Below, piece by piece: positions 34,098 to 43,744 of a stretch of DNA of 64,000 bases (positions within the stretch are counted from its first letter, which is position 1; each line of letters begins with the position of its first letter). The stretch is from Synechococcus sp. (GTDB taxonomy: Bacteria > Cyanobacteriota > Cyanobacteriia > PCC-6307 > Cyanobiaceae). The stretch spans positions 96,001 to 160,000 of the forward strand of contig JBJBEO010000001.1 in the NCBI GenBank assembly GCA_047284725.1, in the 5' to 3' direction. Below the pieces are notes generated by a model, which saw only the letters and a list, made by a program, of their open reading frames with translations, was not told where the DNA came from and did not search any database. The translations under genes were made by a program, and so were the position numbers.

Positions 34098-34631
34098 TCA
34101 GGGCAGCAGACCTGCGGCCTCCAGTTCGTCTTCGAAACCGAAGGCCGTGGGCGCATGCAGGCGATCAGGGAAGAGCACGCCGTCGAGGTGATCACACTCG
34201 TGTTGCAGCACCCGGGCTTCGAAGCCGCTGCAAGTCTCGTCGTGGCTGCGGCCCCGTGGATCGCGCCATTGCAGCCGGATGGAGGCCCAGCGCGCCACCT
34301 CGCCCCGCAGCCCCGGCACGCTCAGGCAACCTTCCCAGCCGCGGATGGTCGCCTCGCTCAGGGGCGTGATCCGTGGGTTGATCAAGACCCGTTCAGGCAC
34401 GGGTGGGGCTTCCGGATAGCGGGGATTGTGCGCCATGCCGATCACAACCACCCGCCAGGGCTCATCGATCTGCGGGGCGGCCAGCCCTGCCCCGGAACGG
34501 GCGGCCTTGGTGTCGATCAGGTCGTTGATCAGGACCTGGAGGCGTCCGGAGCCGAACCAGCTGTCCGGCACGGCAGACGCTCGCTGGCGCAGGGCTGGAT
34601 CCCCAAGGCGAAGGACAGGCCGGATACTCAT
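34098..34631 (-). CDS. def: peptide deformylase (probable second copy)
   Basis: GAGLAAPQI, EGCLS and QHECDHLDG. Confidence 0.95.
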   Translation of the reverse strand: MSIRPVLRLGDPALRQRASAVPDSWFGSGRLQVLINDLIDTKAARSGAGLAAPQIDEPWRVVVIGMAHNPRYPEAPPVPERVLINPRITPLSEATIRGWEGCLSVPGLRGEVARWASIRLQWRDPRGRSHDETCSGFEARVLQHECDHLDGVLFPDRLHAPTAFGFEDELEAAGLLP

Positions 34632-36220
34632 GGTGATTCATTGTGGCGAGGCAGCACCTGGGCCAGCAGGATCAGCAGGGTGATCAGGGCGTAGGTGAGC
34701 GCCCAGGGCTGCCCCGTGCCCCAGCCCAGATTGAGCACGGTGTCGGCGCTGGAAAACCGCCAGGCGTGCAGCACACCGAACCAGGCCAGCACCGCGGCGG
34801 ACCCGCTGCAGGCCGCCGCTGCCAGAAAGCGGCCTTCGATGGCGAACACCAGCAGCGCCGCCAGCAGCATCGCTGTGATGATCTGCCCCTGTTCGAGGGC
34901 AAAGGCGCCGGCGGCCCAGACATCCCCCGCCGCCAGCTGGCTCACAAGGGCGTCGCTGAAGGGCCTCGCCTCGGTGCCGAGGCCGCCCGCGCGTAGCCCC
35001 GCCTTCAGCAGCTGGGCGCCCCAGCCGGCCAGGCCGGGGAGAAGGCCCAGCACCACCGCCGGGGCATGGCGGGCAGGGGTGGCCTGGAAGGCCTGGGCGG
35101 TCATGGCGATACCGATGTACAGCACGATCGCCATGCCGGCATCGATCGGTATCAGCAGCGCCACCATCCCGAAGAGTCCCAGGAAGCAGCCGCAGGCCAT
35201 CACCACACCGTTGAGCCAGGAGTAGCCCGAGCGGGCGCCGAGATCCTTGAACCCCGAGTGGCCGATGTAGATGGTGGTGGGGAAGCAGGACCCCAGGACC
35301 GCGGCACTCAGGGTGCCGATCCCGTCGATCAGCAGGCAGCTGCGGGTGGCGTAGCGATCACCGGCGGCCTCGGCGCTGTCGAGGTTCTGCAGCGAGCCGA
35401 TCACGTTGAACAGCCCCATTGGCACGATCACCCCCAGCCAGGGCAGGAGCTCGCCGCGGCTCTCCCAGAGGCCGCCCAGCTGCAACGTGGGTGCATGCAG
35501 GCCGGCGGTGCTGAGGCTGCTCTGCCAGGCCGCCGCATCGGCACTGATCAAGCCGCTGCTCCATGCCAGCACCATGCCTACCAGCACCGCCATCAGGCCC
35601 GTCGGTAGGGGCCATTGCACCCGGGCGTAGGTGCCGAGCAGGATCACGGCCAGGCTGGTGAGTCCCACCAGGGGATGGGCGTAGCTGCGCAGCAGGAATC
35701 CGAGGGCGATGTAGCCGAGGGCGATGCCCGCGAGGGTGGAGAGCAGGGCGGCACGGGGCAGCCAGCGCCGCAGGCGATCGGCGCAGAAGGCCCCGGCCGT
35801 TTCAAGCAGCCCCGAGCCCATGCAGGCCACCATGCCGGAATGCCACGACCGGGTCACGGCTTCGGCTTCGTCCAGGCCGGCGTTGAGGGCGGCCAGCTTC
35901 ACCGGCAGCATCACCAGAAACACGTAGGCGAACAGGCTCACGGTGTTGATGCCGTAGGGCAGGGCCGTGCAGTCGTCGCGCTGCTCCCGCACCGCCAGGC
36001 GCCGTGCCAGGCGGCTGTAGGCGAGGTTGCCCACCAGCAGGCTGACGCCGGCGGCGGGCAGGATCGTTCCGAACAGCAGGGCATCGGGATAGCCCAGGAC
36101 CCCACGGCAGAGGCTGATGATCAGCAGGATCTGAATCAGGTTGTTCAACCCCAGGGCGAGAAAGCCATCCAGGTCGCCGGGCCGCCACGGGCCCAGGACG
36201 CGTTGTAGAGAGGCAGGCAT
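34628..36220 (-). CDS. NCS2-like (xanthine/uracil/vitamin C-type) permease
   Basis: Many TM helices; GDLDGFLAL..NNL, TALPYG, LDSAEAAGD and PTTIYIGH. ATG start at 36220 is inferred. Confidence 0.8.
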   Translation of the reverse strand: MPASLQRVLGPWRPGDLDGFLALGLNNLIQILLIISLCRGVLGYPDALLFGTILPAAGVSLLVGNLAYSRLARRLAVREQRDDCTALPYGINTVSLFAYVFLVMLPVKLAALNAGLDEAEAVTRSWHSGMVACMGSGLLETAGAFCADRLRRWLPRAALLSTLAGIALGYIALGFLLRSYAHPLVGLTSLAVILLGTYARVQWPLPTGLMAVLVGMVLAWSSGLISADAAAWQSSLSTAGLHAPTLQLGGLWESRGELLPWLGVIVPMGLFNVIGSLQNLDSAEAAGDRYATRSCLLIDGIGTLSAAVLGSCFPTTIYIGHSGFKDLGARSGYSWLNGVVMACGCFLGLFGMVALLIPIDAGMAIVLYIGIAMTAQAFQATPARHAPAVVLGLLPGLAGWGAQLLKAGLRAGGLGTEARPFSDALVSQLAAGDVWAAGAFALEQGQIITAMLLAALLVFAIEGRFLAAAACSGSAAVLAWFGVLHAWRFSSADTVLNLGWGTGQPWALTYALITLLILLAQVLPRHNESP

Positions 36221-36244
36221 CGGCGGCGCTTGCGACACCTCAGC

Positions 36245-37162
36245 ATGGACGGCACGGCAGCACCCCTCCAGGGGGTTCCATCCCAACTGACCTTCACCCC
36301 CCGGTTGCGCCGGCAGCTGGCGGATTGGCTGCAGGAGGATCTCGGCCGCGGGGATCTCAGTGCGGCGGCGCTGCAGGGCCGCCGGGGGGAGGCGCACTGG
36401 ATCGCCAAGGCCGCGGGGGTGTTCTGCGGTGGGCTGCTGCTGGAGCCGCTGCTGCGGGAGCTGGAGCCGCAGACGGAGGCCTGGCAGTTGCGTCGGCTGG
36501 TGGCCGATGGCGCGGCGGTCACCCCCGGCGATCGCCTGCTGGAGCTGGAGGGGCCCGCTGGCCTGCTGGTGGCCCTGGAGCGCACCGCGCTCAACCTGGC
36601 GATGCGGCTGTCGGGCATCGCCACAGCCACCGCTGCCCTGGTGGCGGAGCTGGAGGGCACGGGGGTGGCCCTGGCGGACACCCGCAAAACCACGCCGGGG
36701 CTGCGGGAGCTGGAGAAATACGCCGTGCGCTGCGGTGGCGGGGTGAACCACCGCCTCGGGCTGGATGACGCCGCCATGCTCAAGGAGAACCACCTGGCCT
36801 GGGCCGGTGGAGTGGACGCGGCGATCACGGCGGTGCGGGCCGCCTCCCCCTGGCCGGCGCGGGTGATCGTGGAGGCTGAAACCGAGGCGGAAGCGGCAGC
36901 TGCGGTGGCCGCCGGCGCCGATGGGGTGCTTTTGGATGAGTTCAGCCCGGAGGCGCTGAGGGATCTGGTGCCCCGGCTGCGGCAGCTGGCGCAGGAGCGA
37001 CCGGGAGCTGGGCCGGTGGTGATCGAAGCGTCAGGACTTCAGCCCACACAGTTGCGGGCCTATGCCGCCACCGGCATCGATCTGATCTCCACCAGTGCAC
37101 CGGTCACCCGCAGCCGCTGGCTGGATCTGAGCATGCGCTTCTGCTCCTCTGGCCTGGTCTGA
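36245..37162 (+). CDS. nadC: nicotinate-nucleotide diphosphorylase (carboxylating)
   Basis: EDLGRGD, ERTALN, DTRKTTPGLR, HRLGLDDA.MLKENH, LLD and EASG. Confidence 0.96.
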   Translation: MDGTAAPLQGVPSQLTFTPRLRRQLADWLQEDLGRGDLSAAALQGRRGEAHWIAKAAGVFCGGLLLEPLLRELEPQTEAWQLRRLVADGAAVTPGDRLLELEGPAGLLVALERTALNLAMRLSGIATATAALVAELEGTGVALADTRKTTPGLRELEKYAVRCGGGVNHRLGLDDAAMLKENHLAWAGGVDAAITAVRAASPWPARVIVEAETEAEAAAAVAAGADGVLLDEFSPEALRDLVPRLRQLAQERPGAGPVVIEASGLQPTQLRAYAATGIDLISTSAPVTRSRWLDLSMRFCSSGLV

Positions 37163-37224
37163 GTCCGGCCGTCAGACCCTGGCGGGGGATGATCGTGAGC
37201 TGACTTCGTTCATCGCTGCTGTCC

Positions 37225-39015
37225 ATGCTGCGCATCGCCACCGCTTTAGACACCCAGTTGCGCGGTGCGATGCAACGGGCCTTCCCCGAGGCCTGGGAGG
37301 CCGCAGCGGGGGCCGGGCTCGATCCGCAGCTGGCACCGGCGAGCAAGCCTGAATTCGGCGACTTCCAGGCCAATGGGGCCCTGCCCCTGGCCAAGCCCCT
37401 GAAGCAGGCGCCCCGCCAGATCGCCAACGCGATCGTGGAGCAGCTGCAGGCCGATCCCGCCTTCACCGACCTCTGCCTGGCGCCCCAGATCGCCGGGCCG
37501 GGCTTCATCAACCTCACGATCCGCCCGGAGCGGTTGGCGGCAGAGGTGACCGCGCGGCTCGGGGATGACCGCCTCGGGGTGCCGGCCGTGGAGAACCCGG
37601 CTCCGGTGGTGGTGGACTTCTCCAGCCCCAACATCGCCAAGGAGATGCATGTGGGGCATCTGCGCTCCACGATCATCGGCGACTCCCTGGCGCGGGTGCT
37701 TGAGTTTCGCGGCCACCCGGTGCTGCGTCTCAACCATGTGGGCGACTGGGGCACCCAGTTCGGCATGCTGATCACCCACCTCAAGCAGGTGGCCCCCGAG
37801 GCGCTCGAGACCGCCGATGCGGTGGACCTCGGCGATCTGGTGGCCTTTTACCGGCAGGCGAAGAAACGCTTCGATGACGACGAGGCGTTTCAGACCACCT
37901 CCCGCGAGGAGGTGGTGAAGCTCCAGGGGGGTGACCCCCTTTCACTGAAGGCCTGGGGCCTGCTTTGCGACCAGTCGCGACGTGAATTCCAGAAGATCTA
38001 CGATCGCCTCGACATCCGCCTGAGCGAGCGGGGCGAGTCGTTTTACAACCCGTTCCTGCCGGCGGTGATTGAGGGGCTCAAGGCCGTCGATCTGCTGGTC
38101 ACCGACGACGGGGCCGAATGCGTGTTCCTGGAGGGCGTCAGCGGCAAGGACGGCAAGCCGCTGCCGGTGATCGTGCAGAAGAGCGACGGCGGCTTCAACT
38201 ACGCCACCACCGACCTGGCGGCGATCCGCTATCGCTTTGCGGCAGCGCCGGAGGGGGATGGGGCCCGGCGGGTGATTTACGTCACCGACGCCGGCCAGGC
38301 GAACCACTTTGCTGGCGTGTTCCAGGTGGCGGAGCGGGCCGGTTGGATCCCCGATGGTTCCAGGCTGCAGCATGTGCCCTTCGGGTTGGTGCAGGGAGAA
38401 GACGGCAAGAAGCTCAAGACCCGGGCCGGCGACACGGTGCGGTTGCGGGATTTGTTGGATGAGGCGGTGGAACGGGCTGAGGCCGATCTGCGCTCTCGCC
38501 TCAAGGAGGAAGATCGCAGTGAGCCGGAGGCGTTCATCCACCATGTGGCTTCCACGGTGGGCCTGGCGGCGGTGAAGTACGCCGACCTGAGCCAGAACCG
38601 GATCACGAATTACCAGTTCTCGTTTGACCGGATGCTGGCGCTGCAGGGCAACACGGCGCCCTATCTGCTGTATGCGGTGGTGCGTATCGCTGGAATTGCG
38701 CGCAAGGGCGGTGACCTTGATGCGGCCGCAACGGCGCAGTTGCAGTTCAGTGAGCCGCAGGAATGGGCCTTGGTGCGGGAACTGCTGAAGTTCGATGCGG
38801 TGATTGCTGAGGTGGAGGAGGAGTTGCTCCCCAATCGCCTCTGCAGCTACCTGTTTGAGCTCAGCCAGGTGTTCAACCGCTTCTACGACCAGGTGCCAGT
38901 GCTTAAGGCTGAGGCTGAGGCGTTGTCTTCACGCTTGGCGCTCTGCCGGCTGACGGCCGACACACTCAAGGCCGGCCTGGGGCTGCTGGGGATTGCCACC
39001 CTCGAGCGGATGTGA
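37225..39015 (+). CDS. argS: arginine--tRNA ligase
   Basis: [27 protein letters not shown] (HIGH), [22 protein letters not shown] and C-terminal ERM. Confidence 0.99.
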   Translation: MLRIATALDTQLRGAMQRAFPEAWEAAAGAGLDPQLAPASKPEFGDFQANGALPLAKPLKQAPRQIANAIVEQLQADPAFTDLCLAPQIAGPGFINLTIRPERLAAEVTARLGDDRLGVPAVENPAPVVVDFSSPNIAKEMHVGHLRSTIIGDSLARVLEFRGHPVLRLNHVGDWGTQFGMLITHLKQVAPEALETADAVDLGDLVAFYRQAKKRFDDDEAFQTTSREEVVKLQGGDPLSLKAWGLLCDQSRREFQKIYDRLDIRLSERGESFYNPFLPAVIEGLKAVDLLVTDDGAECVFLEGVSGKDGKPLPVIVQKSDGGFNYATTDLAAIRYRFAAAPEGDGARRVIYVTDAGQANHFAGVFQVAERAGWIPDGSRLQHVPFGLVQGEDGKKLKTRAGDTVRLRDLLDEAVERAEADLRSRLKEEDRSEPEAFIHHVASTVGLAAVKYADLSQNRITNYQFSFDRMLALQGNTAPYLLYAVVRIAGIARKGGDLDAAATAQLQFSEPQEWALVRELLKFDAVIAEVEEELLPNRLCSYLFELSQVFNRFYDQVPVLKAEAEALSSRLALCRLTADTLKAGLGLLGIATLERM

Positions 39016-39018
39016 TGA
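39009..39018 (+). repeat. left copy of 10-bp direct repeat GATGTGATGA bounding the island
   Basis: Identical to 59953-59962; spans the argS stop codon. Confidence 0.7.
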
Positions 39019-39063
39019 AGCAACCCTCAGCCTCCGGTCAGTGCTGCTTTGCTTCATCACATC
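39009..39063. repeat. perfect 15-bp inverted repeat (hairpin) over the argS stop
   Basis: GATGTGATGAAGCAA (39009-39023) and TTGCTTCATCACATC (39049-39063) with a 25-nt spacer. Confidence 0.85.
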
Positions 39064-39348
39064 AGTCTTGATTCATCGCCTCTCAGGGTTTTGGGATTGT
39101 TGGGCCCAAAGCGTGAAAAGCCGGTGATCGCTGCCTGAGATGTCGATGAAAGAGCCAGGTCTATGGATTGTTATGACTAAGATCACTAAGAACTAAAGGA
39201 ATTATTGGTAGCCAAGTTTTCACTTGCAAAAATCTCCATTCTGTTGTCAGCGATGCGTTGATTGAGTAATGTAAAAAGTCAAGCATTATTGAAATAGGCT
39301 TCAGTGTTGGCTTGACTGCTCATCCGCAGTGTTAGCGTATTTGTTTGC

Positions 39349-41043
39349 ATGCAGCGTAAGTTCCCCAAGGTCAGCATTGATACGCTCGCTTCGATGGTCG
39401 AGTGCATCAATGATGCGGTCTTGGTGACCAGTGAAACAAGGGAGACTTTGTTTTATAACAACAAGCTTTTTAAGATCTGGGAAGTCGAAGAAAAAGTGAT
39501 TTCTGAATACACTTCAGAGCACAAAGAAATAGGCTGTAAGTACGCTGCCAAGTATCTTAAAAATCCTGACGAATTCGTTGAAACCGTCCACCGTGTTCAG
39601 GGTACCCTTGAAGAAACAAATGATACGATTGAATTTATTGATGGTCGTGTTTTCAAGCGTCGCGGCGTTGGCATCCAAGATGAAACCCATGGCATTTGCC
39701 GAATCTGGTTTTTTACAGATATAACCGAGAAAAAATATATCAACACCGATTCGCTCACGAAGTGCCTGAATCGTGTTGCTTGGGATGAATTCACGAAGAG
39801 CCCGCAGGAGCCACATCGCCCTGGCAGTGGTTATGCGATTGCTGTGATTGACATTAATGATTTTAAGTTGATCAACGATGAATTTGGCCATGAGGCGGGC
39901 GATAAAATCTTGAAAAGAGTTGGCGAGTCGCTTCTTGCGTTGGCGCGAGATCAGGACCTTGTTTTTAGGATCGGCGGCGATGAATTTTGCCTGGTCGTTC
40001 CAACCCAAAAAAATATCAACCAGTTGATTCAGCAGCGGATCGTCTACAGCTTCGTTTCCTCTGGAATCAATGCATCCATTGGCATTGCCATGGCGGCTAA
40101 CCATGGCCATCTTCTAGACGCCTTCCGAGATGCAGATGCAAAGATGCTGCGCACCAAAAAGGATGGACGCGGCAATGCTCAATCACTTCCCTTGCAAAAG
40201 ATTTTTCCAAAAGTCAGGCTGACAAGAACAGACGATGAGCTCGAGTTGTTGTCAGATCTGAACGTAGCGCTGGAGCGGCGAGAGATTCATCAGCTTTATC
40301 AGCCGATTGTCGACGTCCATGGTCGTCTCTCTTCGCTTGAGGTGTTGATGCGATGGAGCAAGAATGGTGAGACCATTCCGCCGGATGTCTTCATACCCAT
40401 TGCTGAAGGTAGTGGGCATATTCATCAGCTATGGAAGCGGAGTTTGGACGATGCTGTTCGTCAATTGGCTTCATGGAAGAAACGAAAACTTTCTCTCCCA
40501 AAACTTCGATTGAATTTTTCTGGCACCCAGGTTGAATACGCAAGGAATTCTGGCCATTCGTACAAGCAGGAAATCGCTTCAATCTGCTATCAATACGGCA
40601 TCTCCCCCTCTCTTCTCAAGGTTGAACTCACTGAAACGGCCTTGCTTCAAGACCTGGATAGGGCCAAGGAACTCTTCGATGATCTTGCCTCCATTGGCGT
40701 GGAGCTGAGTGTTGATGATTTTGGGACCGGTTTTTCGTCCTTGTCGCTGATTAAGATCCTGCCTGTGACCAGCATTAAAATCGACGGCTCATTTATTCAG
40801 GGTCTTCCCCATTCTGCTTCGGATTGTTCCATTGTTTCCACCTTGGTTTCTCTTGCTCAAGGAATGAAGGTGGATGTCGTGGCCGAATGCGTTGAAACTG
40901 CTGATCAATTCGATTACATCAAGGGGCTTGATGGCGACACTTCAGCTCCAGATCAAGCCTGCGAGACCCTGTTTCAGGGCTATCATTTTCACAAGCCAAG
41001 TCGTGCAGATGATCTCGAAGACTTGTTGGCGACGGTCCGCTGA
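39349..41043 (+). CDS. PAS-GGDEF-EAL diguanylate cyclase/phosphodiesterase
   Basis: DINDFKLINDEFGHEAGD, RDQD I-site, RIGGDEF; EAL domain with YQP, EVLMR, ELTE, DDFGTGFSS, IKID, AECVE and FQGY. Confidence 0.93.
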   Translation: MQRKFPKVSIDTLASMVECINDAVLVTSETRETLFYNNKLFKIWEVEEKVISEYTSEHKEIGCKYAAKYLKNPDEFVETVHRVQGTLEETNDTIEFIDGRVFKRRGVGIQDETHGICRIWFFTDITEKKYINTDSLTKCLNRVAWDEFTKSPQEPHRPGSGYAIAVIDINDFKLINDEFGHEAGDKILKRVGESLLALARDQDLVFRIGGDEFCLVVPTQKNINQLIQQRIVYSFVSSGINASIGIAMAANHGHLLDAFRDADAKMLRTKKDGRGNAQSLPLQKIFPKVRLTRTDDELELLSDLNVALERREIHQLYQPIVDVHGRLSSLEVLMRWSKNGETIPPDVFIPIAEGSGHIHQLWKRSLDDAVRQLASWKKRKLSLPKLRLNFSGTQVEYARNSGHSYKQEIASICYQYGISPSLLKVELTETALLQDLDRAKELFDDLASIGVELSVDDFGTGFSSLSLIKILPVTSIKIDGSFIQGLPHSASDCSIVSTLVSLAQGMKVDVVAECVETADQFDYIKGLDGDTSAPDQACETLFQGYHFHKPSRADDLEDLLATVR

Positions 41044-41382
41044 TTGCTGGGATGAGGGCTGATGCTGGAGGTTAAGCAGCTTTGAATTGATTGAGTCAAG
41101 AGATCCCTGATGCCGTGGTCTTGGTGGGTCTGATGATTTCAAAACTTTGGCTTCTAGACTGCTGGAAATGCATCACTAGACGCGATTACTAAAATTCTTG
41201 GACATGAGTTTGGCGAGATCAGGTCATGGGTGTTGATAGCTGGCGGCGATTCTGTGCTTGGTCGGCATGCAAACTTGATTGCAGGGGCTTTGGTATTGGC
41301 TGAATGTTGTTGTCGCTTTCGATGTTGCTCGTATTTTTTTCTTGCCTAGTCTTTGGGTGCTGGATTGACTCTTGGTGCTCAA

Positions 41383-42324
41383 ATGGCTGAACATGCATCT
41401 CAGTCGAATGCATTGAATTGTGCGCTAATTGATGGTGTCTTGTTCTCTGACCTGCCTGAGATTCAGCGACTGGTGGGTCAAGGTGCCGATGTTAATGGCT
41501 TTGACGTGAATGGCTTGTCACCCCTTCACTATGCAGCTCAGCAGAACTTTGGTGAGAAGGCCTCATTTTTGCTTGACCATGGTGCCGACCCAAACTCAGT
41601 CACGACAACAAATGAATTGGGGCTGAATGAGTGTTTAACGCCCTTATTGATTGTATCGAGTTCCAGGTTGATTAATGATAAGTTGCCTATGATGTCTCTT
41701 CTGATGGGTCGTGGCGCAGATCCAAATATCCCTGATGTGGATGGGATGGCATCTCTTGCAAAGTTAATTGTCGGTGGCAGTCCAGTTCATGAGCTGGAGT
41801 TTCTTTATTCGAAAGGCGCTGATTTAAGCGCAGCTGATCTCGATGGAAACTCTGCGCTTGTTTATGCCTATGAATCGGGTGATTTTCGCGCCATTGATTT
41901 TCTGCGTGATCATCACGCTTCTGAAGCTGGAGTGCCTGAGTATGAATTGATTTGTTGTGCTGGTCGTGGTGAGCTTGAGAGCGTTATCTCTGCGCTAGGA
42001 AGGGGGGCTAACCCCAATCATGTTTTCAATCATACGGCTCTCTGTGCTGCTGCAGAAGCGGGTTGTTTCGAAGTGGTTCAATGCCTTCTTGCATCAGGAG
42101 CACATCCTGATCTACGACGTCGTGATCAAGAGTTCACGCCTTTGATTGCCGCGGCTTATAACGGTCACCTTGATGTTGTTAGGTCTCTTTTGCAGCATGG
42201 CGCAGATCCCCAGTGTGAAGTTGAGGATATGGGAACTGCTCTTGACTTTGCTCGCCTAGGTCGACAAGAAGGTTTGAATCCAACTGCACCTTGGAAGGAA
42301 ATGATCACGTGCCTCAAAAGCTAA
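41383..42324 (+). CDS. ankyrin-repeat protein
   Basis: Multiple G.(S/T)PLH/TPL..AA..G...V..LL..GAD(P/V)N repeats. Confidence 0.9.
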   Translation: MAEHASQSNALNCALIDGVLFSDLPEIQRLVGQGADVNGFDVNGLSPLHYAAQQNFGEKASFLLDHGADPNSVTTTNELGLNECLTPLLIVSSSRLINDKLPMMSLLMGRGADPNIPDVDGMASLAKLIVGGSPVHELEFLYSKGADLSAADLDGNSALVYAYESGDFRAIDFLRDHHASEAGVPEYELICCAGRGELESVISALGRGANPNHVFNHTALCAAAEAGCFEVVQCLLASGAHPDLRRRDQEFTPLIAAAYNGHLDVVRSLLQHGADPQCEVEDMGTALDFARLGRQEGLNPTAPWKEMITCLKS

Positions 42325-42824
42325 GGTGTCACTTAGGACCTCAGAGAGAGCTTGTCTCGCTGGTGTTGATGGTATCGGAGAGTTGGTGAAGGCTTGCGAC
42401 TGCGGGTCAGGCTGAGAATCCCAGGCGTGCTTGTTCAGTGTTCTTTCCAGAAAGAAGTTTTCGAAGATGAGTGCGACGATCCAATTTTTCTCCCAGGTTT
42501 GTTGCATCACTCATTTCGCCAACTACCAAGCCTCTCCGCACTGACAAGCGCTCGGAGAGAACTGCGAATTCGAGTGACTGAAGCTGGCATTGACGTGATT
42601 AAATCATGCTGAGAATTGACTTAAAGGCTGCTGAAAGTCGGTGGTTTTTTGGTTTCTTGGGTTCTCGCTGATTCCTTCTGTACCGTGCGTCGTTTAGGGG
42701 ATTGATCGGATCGTCCTGTTGAATGTGGGTCTCAAAACTTTGTGAATAATGCCGTCAAAGATGGCGGCATTGCTGCAGCGCTTGGCGATGCTTGTTTTGT
42801 TGTGATTCCTTCAAACTGAGTGTC

Positions 42825-43658
42825 ATGGGGGTTAACCCTTCAGTGTTTGCAGCGTTTAACGTTGATGCTGTTTCAGCGCTGCTCGTTCCTTTTCTTTTCA
42901 AGTTGCTCGGTGCGGCTGCCCTTTGGATTGTGGGCGGTTGGCTGATTGGCTTGGCGCTCCGTCTTCTTAGGCGTTTCTTCAGGCAGGGCACGCTCGACCC
43001 CACACTGGCGAATTACCTGTTGGGCATCATTGGCGTGGTGCTGCGGGTTGTTCTTGTTGTTGCCATTCTTGGCTTCTTTGGTATTGAGACCACCAGTTTT
43101 GCTGCCCTCCTTGCCGGTGCTGGTATCGCGATCGGTGCGGCCTGGAGTGGGATGCTGGGCAATTTCGCTGCGGGTGTTTTCCTGCAGCTGTTTCGACCAA
43201 TTTCAGTCGGTGATTACATCGAAGGTGGCGGTGTGGAAGGCACCGTGAAGGAGGTGGGCATGTTTGTCACCTCGATCACCTCCCCTGACAATGTGGTGAA
43301 CATCCTCGGTAATGCCAAGCTGTTCGGCGATACCATCAAAAATTACTCAGCGACGCCTTTTCGCCGGGTTGAGCTGGTGGCCCAACTCGACAACAGCGCT
43401 GATGTGGCCAAGGCGATCACCTTGCTGAAGGAGGGGATCAAGACGGTTCCCCATCAAGTCAATGGGCAGGACGCCGACATTGAGGTCCTTGAGTTCAGTG
43501 AGCGGGGGCCACGTCTGGCCGTTCGTCCTTACACCCATACCAGCAACTACTGGCAGGTTTATTTCGACACCAATCGCATGATTGTTGACGTTCTGGGCCA
43601 GGCCGGATTCCCTGTTCCCCGCATCCCTGTGGAGATGCAAAAGAATGGCTTGAACTGA
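42825..43658 (+). CDS. mscS: small-conductance mechanosensitive channel
   Basis: Three TM helices, TTSFAALLAGAGIAIG, NFAAG, RPISVGD and GTVKEVG. Confidence 0.92.
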   Translation: MGVNPSVFAAFNVDAVSALLVPFLFKLLGAAALWIVGGWLIGLALRLLRRFFRQGTLDPTLANYLLGIIGVVLRVVLVVAILGFFGIETTSFAALLAGAGIAIGAAWSGMLGNFAAGVFLQLFRPISVGDYIEGGGVEGTVKEVGMFVTSITSPDNVVNILGNAKLFGDTIKNYSATPFRRVELVAQLDNSADVAKAITLLKEGIKTVPHQVNGQDADIEVLEFSERGPRLAVRPYTHTSNYWQVYFDTNRMIVDVLGQAGFPVPRIPVEMQKNGLN

Positions 43659-43744
43659 TGGCGCGCTGGGATTGCGTGCCATCCCTTAGGCCTTGAATGA
43701 GCGAGAAGCTCAGGCCCATCGGTAGCAGCGTTGGGAGGTCCGTT

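Noticed and set aside
39349..41043. Hypr-type GGDEF making 3',3'-cGAMP
   Set aside because: The specificity position in NDEFGHEAGD is the canonical Asp, not Ser, so c-di-GMP is the expected product.
42394..42612. 72-codon ORF between the ankyrin and mscS genes
   Set aside because: It has a non-ATG start and no motif, and cannot be distinguished from a chance ORF.
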